Positions 1 to 10,413 of a stretch of DNA of 64,000 nucleotides are shown here, piece by piece. Within the stretch, counting starts at the first letter, position 1. The number at the start of each line of letters is the position of its first letter. The notes under the pieces were generated by a model. That model was not told where the DNA came from and did not search any database. It was given only the letters and a program-made list of their open reading frames with translations. The stretch covers positions 234,894-298,893 of the forward strand of contig CAVRZA010000003.1 in the NCBI GenBank assembly GCA_963725665.1, written 5' to 3'. Source of the stretch: an uncultured Actinomycetes bacterium (GTDB taxonomy: Bacteria > Actinomycetota > Thermoleophilia > UBA2241). Both the position numbers and the translations under genes were made by a program.

Positions 1-413
1 AGGAGGCCGCCGCTCAGGCCATGGCCGAGCTGGCCCGGCGCGCGAAGCGTCGAGGCCGGCGCGTGCGCTTGCTGGGGCCGGCGCGCAAGACGGCCGGTGC
101 GCGAGCGGAGGCCGCCGCAGACGCGGCGGAGTGGCCGGAGGGGGCGGAGGGTTCGGAGGAGACCGAGGGAGCGGCGATCGAGCACGAGCCAGAGCCGGAG
201 CCGGGCCGACGGGCGGAGGAGCCCGCGACGGAGTCGCAGGGCGCTGCGGCTGCCTCAGCCGACTCGGACGTCGCCGGCGGACCGCCGGGCGAGGCTGCTC
301 CTCCAGGACCGGCCAAGCCGGCGGTCGAACCGGGCACCGCTACGGCGCGGCGACGAGGCGGACGCGGCCGCTCTCGGCGGCGTCGGTCGAGCGGGGAGGC
401 GACTGAGTCCTGA
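1..413 (+). CDS. 3' end of a gene entering from the left, probably ribonuclease III with a low-complexity tail
   Basis: Frame reads EAAAQAMAEL, resembling the last helix of a dsRBD, then an acidic/Pro/Arg tail; the TGA overlaps the smc ATG; rnc-smc-ftsY is common synteny. Confidence 0.4.
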   Translation, partial: EAAAQAMAELARRAKRRGRRVRLLGPARKTAGARAEAAADAAEWPEGAEGSEETEGAAIEHEPEPEPGRRAEEPATESQGAAAASADSDVAGGPPGEAAPPGPAKPAVEPGTATARRRGGRGRSRRRRSSGEATES

Positions 414-3400
414 TGTACCTGCGCGCCGTGCGCCTCAAAGGCTTCAAGTCCTTTCCCCTGCAGACCGAGCTCGTCTTCGAGCCCGGGATCGCCGTGGTCA
501 TAGGTCCCAACGGCAGCGGCAAGAGCAACATCGCCGACGCGGTCATGTGGGTGCTCGGTGAGCAGAGCCCGACGACCGTCCGGGGCTCGTCGATGCAGGA
601 CATGATCTTCGCCGGGAGCGACGGCCGGCGAGCGAGCGGCAGCGCGGAGGTCGAGCTCACGTTCGACAACGGCGACGGCGCGCTGTCGCTGCCGACCCCC
701 GAGGTCAGCATCGGGCGGCGCGTGCGTCGCGACGGCGAGGCGACCTACTTCATCAACCGTTCGCCGTGTCGCCTGACCGACGTCGTCGAGCTGGTGGCCG
801 AGGTCGGCCTGGGCAAGGAGATGCACTCCATCGTCGGGCAGGGCAAGGTGGAGTCGCTGCTCGCTGCCAAGCCGGTCGACCGCCGCGCGCTGGTCGAGGA
901 GGCCGCCGGTCTGGGACGGTACAAGCGTCGGCGCGAGCGGGCCGAGCTCAAGCTGCGCGAGGTGGCGCGCAACTTGGAACGCGCGCGCGAGACCGAACGC
1001 GAGGCGGCCACCCGCCTCGCTCCCCTGCGCCGGCAGGCGAACGCCGCCGAGCTCTCGCGCGCCCTCGAGACCGAGCTCTCGGAGATCGAGGCCCGGCTGC
1101 TTGCCGGCGAGCTCGAAGAGGTCGCCGGGCGCGCCGACGCCGAGCGCGCCGCCCTCGACGAGGCTGCGGCCGGCAGGGCCCTGGTCGACGAGCGGCTGCG
1201 CGAGACGGCGTCACAACGGCGGGCTGACGACGAGCGTTTCGCGCGCGAGCTTGAGGAACGCGAGCGCCGCCGGCAGCGCGCCGTTCGCGCTCGCTACCTT
1301 GGAGACCGCATCGAGAGCTGCGTGCGTCTGACTGCTCAGCGCGGCGCGCTCCTCGAAGAGGTCGAGCGCGCCGCGCGCGGCGAGGTCGAGCGTCTGCGGG
1401 CCGAGCTGGCGCTGACCGCCGCTCGGCCGGCAAGCGACGACGACGATGCCGACGTCGAGGCCGGTCTGGCGGCGGCGCTCGCCGCCGCCGAGAGCGCCCA
1501 CGACGACGCCGCAAGGGAGCTGGCGACCGCACGGCGGGTGCAGGCGGAGGCGCGCGGCGAGCGTGACCACCTGACCGCCGAACGCGAGAACACCGCGGCT
1601 CGAGCGCAGCGGCTGCGCGAACGCGTGCGCGAGCTCGACGAGGCGGCCGCGCTCGCGTCGGCGCAGACTGAGAGCGCGCGCGACCAGGCGGCCGGGCGCC
1701 GGGCGGCGTTCATCGCCGGCGCGGCACGGAGGAGGCGGCGCGCGCCGCCGAGACGCGGGCCGAGGCGGCGGCGCGCGCCGCCGAGACGCGCGTGTCGGCC
1801 GCCAGGTCGGCACTGAGGGACGCTGAGGAGGATCTGCACGCTCTGACCGCCGAGAGGCGCGCGCTGGAGCTAGAGCTCGAGCACCTCACCGCCGGCCTGC
1901 GCGACCTCGACGAGGTCGGTACCGCCGTGCTCGAGGTGACCGGCGCCTTCCCGGGGGCCGCGGTCCTGGCGCAGGTGGTCGGCTGCGAGCGCGGCTACGA
2001 GAAGGCGCTGGCCGCCGCTCTGGCTCAGAGTCCGGGGGCCATCGCCGTGCCGCGCTCGCTCGACGGCTGGTCGCTACTGGCGGCGCTGCGCCAGGCGGGC
2101 GTCTCGCTTGCCCGTCTCCTGGTGCCCGTGAGGCGCGAGGAGGCGGCGGCCTTCCCCGGGGCGGCGCCGCTGCTCGACAAGGTCACCGTCGACGGCGAGG
2201 AGCTGGAGGAGTTCCTCGCCGGTGTCGTCGTGGTCGACGATCTGCGCGCGGTGCCCGATGGTTTCGACGGTCTCGCGGTGACGCTCGAGGGAGCCTACTA
2301 CCGACCACGTGCCGGTGAGCTCGGGTTGGCTGCGGGCGTGCCGGCGGCGGTGGTGCTCGAGCGGCGTTCGCGTGCGAGCGAGCTCGAGGCGAGGCTGGCT
2401 GCCACGCGCGCCAGCGAGCTGCGCGAGCAGCCGGTCGTGGCGCGCCTGCGTGATGATGGCGACGCTGCCGACGAGGCGCGGCGTGAGCTCGAGGGCGCGC
2501 TCGAGAAGGCGCGCGTCGAGGGACGCCGCGTGGCCGCCCAGCGGCGCGCGCTCGAGGACGAAGTGAACGCCCTCGAGGCCGGCGTGGGGCAGGCCGAACG
2601 GGCGCGAGACGCTTCGCTGGCCGAGGCCGACGCCGCTCGCGCCGACGTCGTGGCGCTCGAGGCGCGCGATGCGGAGCTCCTTATGAGGCTCGACACGCTT
2701 GCACCCGCCGTCGCCGCGGCCGAGTCGGCCGCGGCGGCCGCCGAGGAGCGTCATGAGGTCGCGCTGTCGGCCGTCACCACGGCCCGGGTCGAGCATGATT
2801 CTTACAAGGCACGCCAAAGCCAGGCCCAAGAGGAGCGGGCGCGGGCGCTCGCTCGTCAGGCGAGCGCTCGCGCCCGCCTCGAGGAGCTCGAACGCCGTCT
2901 GCGCGGCATCCCCGCTACGCGCGAGGCCTCGGGCGAGCTGGCCGCCGCGCTGGCCGCCGCCCGCGCCCGCGCCGCGGCGCTGGCCGAACGGCTCGAGTCG
3001 CAGGCCGGCGACCTCGACGCTCTGCCGCGGCGCGAGGAGTCGCGCCGCCTCGCCGAGCGCGAGGTCGAACTGCGACAGGAGGCGGAGGCGCTGGGCGAGC
3101 GGCGCGCGGCCGCTCAGGTGGAGCTGACGCACGTCGAGGAGCGGCGGGCCGAGCTCGCCCAGCGCCTCGACGCCATCGCCGAACGGCTCGAGCGGGCCTC
3201 GTTCGCGCCGCCGGCCGACGAGGACGAGGCGCGGGCGCTGCGCGCCCGCGCCGAACGCCTCGCGCGACGGCGCGACGGCCTCGGCCCCGTCAACCCGCTG
3301 GCCGAGGCGGAGTGCGCGGAGCTCGACGAGAGGGTGGGCTTCCTCCGCGAGCAGGTGCGCGACCTGGAGCGGTCGAGCGGCGAGCTGCAGGAGCTGATCG

Positions 3401-4020
3401 CCGAACTGACGGGCCGCATCGACGACGACTTCAGTGAGACGCTGACGGTGGTGGCGGACCAGTTCGAGAAGATGTGCGCCATCCTGTTCCCCGGCGGCCG
3501 CGGCAGGCTGCTGCTCGTCGAGGCCGAAGGCGACGAGCCCGGCGGGGTGGGCATCGAGGTCAAGCCGGCGCGCAAGCTGGGCAAGAAGCTGGGCCTGCTC
3601 TCGGGCGGCGAGCGCGCGCTGGTGGCGATCGCCTTCCTCATGGCCCTCATGCTGGCTCGCCCCAGCCCGTTCTACATCCTCGACGAGATCGAGGCGGCGC
3701 TCGACGACATCAATATCGGGCGTTTCGTCTCGCTGCTGCGGGAATACCGCGACCGCACGCAGTTCGTCATCGTCACCCATCAGAAGCGCACCATGGAGGC
3801 GGCTGATGTGCTCTACGGCGTGACGATGGGGCCCGACGGCGCCTCACACGTCGTGAGCGCGCGCATGGCGGAACAGGAGATCGAGGCCGAGGAGGCCGCC
3901 GGGCCCAGGGCGGCGCGAACGGCTGAGACGCAGGCTGAGCCGCCCGGCGTGGGGTCGGCGGCGGTAGCCATGGTGAGACTCGACGACGACGCCGGAGCGC
4001 CGGTGGACGAGGTGGACTAG
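413..4020 (+). CDS. smc: Chromosome segregation ATPase SMC (one frameshift near 1720-1790, probably a sequencing error)
   Basis: LKGFKSF and Walker A GPNGSGKSN in ORF 413..1816; coiled coils, LSGGE signature and ILDEIEAALD Walker B in ORF 1792..4020. Confidence 0.95.
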
Positions 4021-5025
4021 GTGGAGTGGCACGAAACGTTCAAGGGCGTCTCGGCTCAGGCCGAGGCGGCGGCGGCCGTCGAGGAGGAGCGCGAGCGCGC
4101 CGGTCTCTTCAGGCGCTTCCGCGACAACCTCGGCAAGGCCCGCGCCACGCTGCGCGACCACTTCCGCACCATCCTCTTCGACAGGCTCGACGAGGAAGTC
4201 TGGGAGCAGGTCGAGGAGGCGCTCATCTTCGCCGACGTGGGCGTCGACGCGACCGTGAAGATCGTCGCGCAGCTCGAGCAGCGCGCCGCGGAGGGCGCCA
4301 TCGAGTCGCGCGAGCAGCTCTTCGAGGCGCTGGCCGACGTGGTGGCGACGATGCTGCGTCCACCCGACCCCGATGACCAGCTCATCGACGTCAGCGGCGA
4401 CCCCTCGGTCATCCTGATCGTGGGCGTCAACGGTACGGGCAAGACGACGACCATCGGCAAGCTCGCCTACCGGCTCCATCAACTCGGAAAGTCGCCGCTC
4501 ATGGTGGCCGCCGACACCTTCCGCGCCGCGGCTGTCGAACAGTTGAGCGAGTGGGCCGACCGGGTCGGCTGCGAGATCGTCAAGCAGGCCCAGGGCAGCG
4601 ACCCGGCGGCGGTCGTCTACGACGGTATCGCCGCCGCCCGTTCGCGCGACCACGACGTGGTCATCGTCGATACCGCGGGGCGTCTGCACACGCAGGTCAA
4701 CCTCATGCGCGAGCTCGAGAAGGTGAGGCGGGTGGTCGAGAAGCAGGTCCCGTTGGGGCCGGTCGAGACGCTGCTCGTCATCGACGCGACGACGGGCCAG
4801 AACGGGCTGCGCCAGGCCGAGGTCTTCCGCGAGGCCGTCGATGTGACGGGGGTCGTGCTGACGAAGCTCGACGGCACGGCCAAGGGCGGCATCGTCGTGG
4901 CCATCCACGAGACGCTGGGCATCCCCATCAAGCTGATCGGCGTGGGGGAGAAGCTCGACGAATTGCGCCCCTTCGACGCCGAGCAGTACGCGCGCGCGGT
5001 CTTCGGCGGCGACGCCGCCGATTAG
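4021..5025 (+). CDS. ftsY: SRP receptor FtsY
   Basis: GVNGTGKTTT, DTFRAAA, DTAGRLHT, TKLDGTAKGG motifs. Confidence 0.97.
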   Translation: MEWHETFKGVSAQAEAAAAVEEERERAGLFRRFRDNLGKARATLRDHFRTILFDRLDEEVWEQVEEALIFADVGVDATVKIVAQLEQRAAEGAIESREQLFEALADVVATMLRPPDPDDQLIDVSGDPSVILIVGVNGTGKTTTIGKLAYRLHQLGKSPLMVAADTFRAAAVEQLSEWADRVGCEIVKQAQGSDPAAVVYDGIAAARSRDHDVVIVDTAGRLHTQVNLMRELEKVRRVVEKQVPLGPVETLLVIDATTGQNGLRQAEVFREAVDVTGVVLTKLDGTAKGGIVVAIHETLGIPIKLIGVGEKLDELRPFDAEQYARAVFGGDAAD

Positions 5026-5104
5026 AGCGCTAGAGGCGCCCGGCGGGCATACTACGATGAGTGGGTCCACCCGATGTGAACCTCCCAAGCGAGGATAGTG
5101 CGAG

Positions 5105-6430
5105 ATGTTCGAATCCTTGACCGAACGCCTACAGGGCGCCCTCGGCGAGCTGCGTGGGCACGGCAAGCTGAGCGCCCCAGACATCGACAGGGCGATGCGC
5201 GAGATCCGCCTGGCGCTGCTCGAGGCCGACGTGAACTTCAAGGTGGTGCGCGAGTTCGTCGCCCACGTGAAGGAGCGCGCCCTGGGGCAGGAGGTGATGG
5301 AGAGCCTCACGCCGGCCCAGCAGGTGGTCAAGATCGTCAACGAGGAGCTGACCGCTCTGATGGGCGCCGGCGACTCCAAGCTCGCCTTCAGCGGCCGGCC
5401 ACCGACGGTGATCCTCATGGCCGGCCTGCAGGGCTCGGGCAAGACGACGGCCTGCGCCAAGCTTGCGACCTTCCTCAAGAAGGACGGCAAGCGGCCGGTG
5501 CTCGTGGCCGCCGACGTCTATCGTCCGGCGGCCATCGACCAGCTCGTCGCCCTCGCCGCGCGTGCCGACGTGCCCGTCTACGCGCCCGGTGGCGATGTGG
5601 ACCCCGTCGACATCGCCAAACAGGGGGTCGAGTTCGCGCGCGAGAAGGGCGACGTGGCCATCATCGACACCGCTGGGCGACTGCACATCGACGAGGTGCT
5701 CATGGACGAGCTGGTGCGCATCCGCAAGGAGGTCAAGCCGCACAACATCCTCCTCGTCGTCGACGCCATGACCGGCCAGGACGCCGTCAACGCCGCCGAG
5801 CAGTTCAAGCAGCGCGTCGACATCGACGGCGTGGTCCTGACCAAGCTCGACGGCGACGCGCGCGGCGGCGCCGCCCTCAGCGTGCGCGCCGTCACCGGCA
5901 AGCCGATCAAGTTCGCCAGCACCGGGGAGAAGCTCGGCGACCTCGACTACTTCCATCCCGACCGCATGGCCTCGCGCATCTTGGGCATGGGCGACGTCCT
6001 CTCGCTCATCGAGCGCGCGCAGGAGAACATCGACGAGACGCAGGCGGCGCAGATGGAGGAGCGCCTGCGCAAGGCCGAGTTCACCTTCGATGACTTCCTC
6101 GTGCAGATGAAGCAGGTGCGCAAGATGGGATCCCTGTCGAGCATCATCGGCATGCTGCCCGGCATCCCTGGCATGAAGCAGCTCAAGAATGTGCAGGTCG
6201 ACGACAAACAGCTCGACCGCATCGAGGCTATGGTGCTCTCGATGACGCCTGACGAGCGCCGCCATCCGGAGATCATCGATGGCAGCCGACGCCAGCGCAT
6301 CGCGCGCGGCAGCGGCCACACGGTGCAGGACGTCAACGCTCTGCTCAAGCAGTTCCGCGAGATGCAGAAGATGGTCAAGCAGCTCGCCGGCGGCAAGATG
6401 CCGAAGCTCGGCCCGGGGATGCCGTTCTAG
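5105..6430 (+). CDS. ffh: Signal recognition particle protein Ffh
   Basis: ALLEADV, GLQGSGKTT, DTAGR, TKLDGDARGG, RILGMGD, Met-rich M domain. Confidence 0.98.
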   Translation: MFESLTERLQGALGELRGHGKLSAPDIDRAMREIRLALLEADVNFKVVREFVAHVKERALGQEVMESLTPAQQVVKIVNEELTALMGAGDSKLAFSGRPPTVILMAGLQGSGKTTACAKLATFLKKDGKRPVLVAADVYRPAAIDQLVALAARADVPVYAPGGDVDPVDIAKQGVEFAREKGDVAIIDTAGRLHIDEVLMDELVRIRKEVKPHNILLVVDAMTGQDAVNAAEQFKQRVDIDGVVLTKLDGDARGGAALSVRAVTGKPIKFASTGEKLGDLDYFHPDRMASRILGMGDVLSLIERAQENIDETQAAQMEERLRKAEFTFDDFLVQMKQVRKMGSLSSIIGMLPGIPGMKQLKNVQVDDKQLDRIEAMVLSMTPDERRHPEIIDGSRRQRIARGSGHTVQDVNALLKQFREMQKMVKQLAGGKMPKLGPGMPF

Positions 6431-6557
6431 GGGCACGGCGCCGGGTGGCTCGGCGTTGCGGGCGCGAGGCCGAGCGCATACTATGGTACGGTTCTCCATC
6501 GGCCCGGCCGAGAACTGGTTACGACTGTTGTAGCGGATCCCTAAAGAGGTGTGGTCA

Positions 6558-6803
6558 GTGGCAGTACGCATGAGGCTGAGCAGGGTCGGCAGCACCAAGA
6601 ACCCCATCTACCGCATCGTCATCGCCGACGCGCGCGCTCCGCGCGACGGCCGTTTCATCGCGACGATCGGTCACTACAACCCGCAGGTCGACCCGTCCTC
6701 CATCGACATCGACAAGGCCAAAGCGAGCGAGTGGTTGAAGAAGGGCGCCCAGCCGAGCAGGACCGTGAAACGGCTGCTGGCGCGCCAGGGCATCGACACC
6801 TAG
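6558..6803 (+). CDS. rpsP: 30S ribosomal protein S16
   Basis: MAVRMRLSRVGSTKNPIYRIVIADARAPRDGRFI; GAGGTG RBS before GTG 6558. Confidence 0.96.
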   Translation: MAVRMRLSRVGSTKNPIYRIVIADARAPRDGRFIATIGHYNPQVDPSSIDIDKAKASEWLKKGAQPSRTVKRLLARQGIDT

Positions 6804-6836
6804 CCGGCGCAGACACGTCGAGGCGGGAGGCGGTTG

Positions 6837-7070
6837 ATGTTGAAAGACCTGCTCGAATACCTGGCCAAGGCGCTCGTGGATAAGCCTGACGAGGTCCACG
6901 TCGAGGTGACGGAGACCGACACGACGATCGTGCTCGAGCTGACGGTCGCCAAGGACGACGTCGGCAAGGTCATCGGCAAGCAGGGGCGCATCGCGCGGGC
7001 GCTGCGCACGATCATCAAGGCGAGCGCGGTGCGCGACGGCAAGCGCGCCATCGTCGAGATCGTCGACTGA
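6837..7070 (+). CDS. khpA: KH-domain RNA-binding protein KhpA
   Basis: DVGKVIGKQGRIARALR; lies between rpsP and rimM. Confidence 0.93.
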   Translation: MLKDLLEYLAKALVDKPDEVHVEVTETDTTIVLELTVAKDDVGKVIGKQGRIARALRTIIKASAVRDGKRAIVEIVD

Positions 7071-7080
7071 CGCCCGAGCC

Positions 7081-7575
7081 ATGGCCGGTCTGTGGGCCTT
7101 CGCCACCGTGGGGCGAGCCCACGGCCTGCACGGTGAGATCTACCTCGACCTCCTGCCCGGCGGCCTCGACTACCTGACCAGGGGGTCGTCGTTCTCTATC
7201 GACGGGGGCGGCGGTCGGGTCACGCCCGTGCGCCTCGCGCGCACGGGCGGCACCGACCGCCGCCCTCTCGCGCGTCTCGACATCGCCGAGACGATCGACG
7301 AGGCGCGCGCCCTGCACGGCACGGTGCTCTACGCGCAGGCCGACGAGCTCGACGAAGGCGTCGATCACTTCCTGGTGAGCGAGCTCGTCGGCCTGCGCGT
7401 AGTCTCGGGCGAGACCGACCTGGGCGAGGTACGCGGGGTGCTCATGAACCCGGCTCACGACATCCTCGAGATCGGCGGCGAGGGCCGCGAGACGGTGCTC
7501 GTGCCGCTGGTGAAGGAGCTCGTCGAGGTCGACCGCGAGCGCGGCGTCGTGATCGTGAAAGAGGGTCTCCTGTGA
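7081..7575 (+). CDS. rimM: Ribosome maturation factor RimM
   Basis: VGRAHGLHGE N-terminus, PRC-barrel-like C-terminus (PAHDILEI...VLVPLV); synteny. Confidence 0.92.
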   Translation: MAGLWAFATVGRAHGLHGEIYLDLLPGGLDYLTRGSSFSIDGGGGRVTPVRLARTGGTDRRPLARLDIAETIDEARALHGTVLYAQADELDEGVDHFLVSELVGLRVVSGETDLGEVRGVLMNPAHDILEIGGEGRETVLVPLVKELVEVDRERGVVIVKEGLL

Positions 7576-8255
7576 AGTTCGACGTCTTCACGCTCTTCCC
7601 CGAGGCCTTCTCCTGGTTCCTGCAGCAGGTGCACGTACAGCGGGCACGCGAGCTGGGCGCCGAGTTCCGCCTCTGTAACTACCGCGACTACACGCCGCTG
7701 CGCCACGGGCAGGTCGACGACACCCCTTACGGGGGCGGCGCCGGCATGGTGTTGCGCATCGACGTCGTGGGCGCCGCTCTGGAGGCCGTCTACGGCATCG
7801 ACTGCGTGCAGGTGAAGGCGGACAGGCGCGTCGTCGAGCTGACGCCCCGCGGGCGCCAGCTCGACGACGCGCTCGCCGGCGAGTTGGCCCAGGGCGACCT
7901 GTGCCTCCTCTGCGGGCGCTACGAGGGTATCGACGAGCGCGTGCGCGAGCTGGTGAACGACCGCGTGTCGATCGGGCCGTACGTTCTCTCCGGCGGAGAG
8001 ATCGCCGCCGCGGCCCTCCTCGACGCGGTCGTGCGCAAGATCGAGGGCGCCGTATCCAACCCGGAGAGCGTGAGCTCCGACTCGTTCGCGCCCGGCCTGG
8101 CGGGAGCGCTGGAACACCCGCACTACACGCGGCCGGCGGAGTTCCACGGCTGGCGCGTGCCGGACGTTCTGCTCAGCGGTGACCATGCCGAGATCGAGCG
8201 CTGGCGGCGCGGCAACCTCGGCGGGCAGCCCCCAGACAAGAAGTCCGACCGCTGA
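7572..8255 (+). CDS. trmD: tRNA (guanine37-N1)-methyltransferase
   Basis: TLFPE, VDDTPYGGGAGM, CGRYEGIDER, VLSGGE, YTRP motifs. Confidence 0.97.
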   Translation: MKFDVFTLFPEAFSWFLQQVHVQRARELGAEFRLCNYRDYTPLRHGQVDDTPYGGGAGMVLRIDVVGAALEAVYGIDCVQVKADRRVVELTPRGRQLDDALAGELAQGDLCLLCGRYEGIDERVRELVNDRVSIGPYVLSGGEIAAAALLDAVVRKIEGAVSNPESVSSDSFAPGLAGALEHPHYTRPAEFHGWRVPDVLLSGDHAEIERWRRGNLGGQPPDKKSDR

Positions 8256-8436
8256 TTACGCAAGCGCGTCGCGCAGAGCACACGGTGCGGGTGGACGTTC
8301 GACGGATCGCACCTCGACCTCGCTCGTCCGCGTTTCGTCGCCGTGGCGGTCCGCGGTCTGTGTCGAGGCGGTGCCGGTCGGGTACCTTGTGGCCCAGACG
8401 AAGCGGCGTGAGAAGCGATGAGGAGGTGAGGTCTGC

Positions 8437-8649
8437 TTGGCGTTGACCGTGTATACGAAGGTAGGCTGCACAGCGTGCGAGGCGCTAGTGAGAGACTTGA
8501 AGGCGCGAGACGTGCCGTATCGGCTGGTCGATATCGACCGCTCGCCCGGCGGCGCGCAGGAACTCTCTCACCTGACCGGAGGCAGGCCGACAGTGCCCAC
8601 CGTAGTTGACGAGGACGGCGAAGTGCTGCTCGGTTTCGGCAACACCTGA
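8437..8649 (+). CDS. Small glutaredoxin-like protein (CxxC); terminal TGA might be Sec
   Basis: VYTKVGCTAC, TVP cis-Pro motif, C-terminal GFGNT; strong AGGAGGTGA RBS. Confidence 0.8.
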   Translation: MALTVYTKVGCTACEALVRDLKARDVPYRLVDIDRSPGGAQELSHLTGGRPTVPTVVDEDGEVLLGFGNT

Positions 8650-8787
8650 GGAGGAGACCGTGGCCTGCGTCGGCGGCTCTGGCTGGCCGAACGCAGGCGT
8701 CGGCGCGCGTGACGCGCTGGATCAACTCACCAAGCGGTGCGCCGCGCAGCGCCAGTGCATCGCTTCGCTGCTCAGGCGCGACCCTAG

Positions 8788-8818
8788 GGGTGGGCGGCAA
8801 GGGACGAGCCGCCCACCC
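8788..8818. terminator. Hairpin between convergent genes
   Basis: GGGTGGGCGGC / GCCGCCCACCC 11-bp inverted repeat. Confidence 0.6.
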
Positions 8819-8830
8819 TCTATGCGTCGG

Positions 8831-9614
8831 TCACGAAGGCTTGCTCGAATAGGTCGCCACGCGCCTCGCGTGTTCTTCTAGGCCGATCGGACAGGCGTCG
8901 TGACAGATGAGGCACTCGTGGCTCCCACGCGGCGAGTAGTGTCCCGCCCACTTCTGCCAGGCCTTGTTGGGCTCGGCCAGCATCTCCTGCGGGACGATGC
9001 ACTTCCAGAAGTCGACCTTCTTGCCGGGCTCCACGCCTTGCGATGGACCGGGGATGATGGCCCCCGTGGGGCAGGCCCTGACGCACAGCTCGCAGTCGCC
9101 ACAGAGGTCCCTCGCGAACGGCTCGTCGTAGGGCAGAGCCGCGTCGGTGACCACGCAGCACCAGCGCACGCGCGGGCCAAGCAGTCGGGGTGACGCACAG
9201 GGTCTGCTTGCCGATCCACCCCAGACCGCCCATCGTGGCGGCGGCCTTCGCGTGCACGAAATGGGTGACGGCAGTCTTGTGCCCGGCGTCTCTCACGGCC
9301 TCTGCGAAGCGGTGAGCGCGGGCCTCGGTCAGCTCGTAGTAGAGATTGTAGTACTGCGATCCCGGCACGTCGTCGAAGGGGATGGCACCGTCGGGCAGCA
9401 CGGACGTCACGACGGTGTTGAGCATCGTGTCCCAGATGTGCATGCCGAGCACGATGACGCTCTTCGCACCGTCGAGGAACCCGTTTGGCACCTCCAGGCA
9501 GCGATGCGGCGGAAACGGGACCGCAGCAAGCTTCTCGGCGTCGACGACGCCGAAGAACTCGAACCCATGGTCCGCTGCCTCGGCCCGCAATCGTTCCTTC
9601 AGGTCAGGCGACAC
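8831..9614 (-). CDS. QueG-like / reductive-dehalogenase-like 2x[4Fe-4S] protein (frameshift near 9180)
   Basis: AKSVIVLG and KAAATMGGLGWIGK in one frame; GPRVRW..VVTD, CGDCELCVRACPTGAI and CLICHDACP in the next. Confidence 0.8.
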
Positions 9615-9900
9615 GACACGACCTCACTTCCTCTACGCGCAGTGCGCTGGTCTAGAACCTGTCCACATGATGGCGGGCGCGGCGGCTTCGGTGCGGCCGC
9701 CTTCACTCCCTCGACGCGATCGTTGAGCGTCGAAACGTGCCTGCATGGCGGCATTATAGTCCGCGGTGCGCGGCCGTCTACCTCGCTCCAAGATGCGGGC
9801 CGTGGAGCGCTCCGAGTCCAGGGGCCACGCACACCGTCCTCTGGCAGGGCGCAGCCCGACTCGCTAGACTCCCGCTGCCGCGGTAGGGCCCTCTGCCACC

Positions 9901-10413
9901 GTGAAGGTCGCAATGAGGCTCTTCGGCAAACCCGATATCGAGCAGATGAGGCGCGATGGCGACATCGCAGGCCTTGTCCACTGGGCTGACTTCCGTAGGG
10001 ACCAGAGCCTGAGTCGCGCCGCGGTAGCGGCTTTGCGCGAGAACGTCTACGCGGTCGTGGAGCGTCTGTTCGACACCGCTGTCTGGGCTCACGCGCACAG
10101 GGGGCCAGGCCGCAGGGGTCTGTCACCTTCGGGGGTGCATCGGCTCAACGAGATCACGGTCGCCTTGCGCAAGATCGGTCCGCCCGCCGTCGCTCCTCTC
10201 GCCGATTCGGTCCGCCTGTACGGCGACTACGGGGACCCCGACGAGCACATGCGATTCCTCTACTTCGCCCTGGTCTTTGACGTGTTGCAGAAGATAGGAC
10301 GTCCGGCGGCGAACGAGTTGCGTGACCTCGCCGAAGGCGCAGATCCCGATGTCCGCGAGCATGCGCAGGAGGCGTTGAGCAAGCTCGAAGCACGAGGTCA
10401 GCTTGACGACTGA
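9901..10413 (+). CDS. Hypothetical helical (HEAT-repeat-like) protein
   Basis: ALRKIGPPAVAPL and LQKIGRPA..DPDVREHAQEALSKL resemble HEAT/PBS-lyase repeats. Confidence 0.6.
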   Translation: MKVAMRLFGKPDIEQMRRDGDIAGLVHWADFRRDQSLSRAAVAALRENVYAVVERLFDTAVWAHAHRGPGRRGLSPSGVHRLNEITVALRKIGPPAVAPLADSVRLYGDYGDPDEHMRFLYFALVFDVLQKIGRPAANELRDLAEGADPDVREHAQEALSKLEARGQLDD

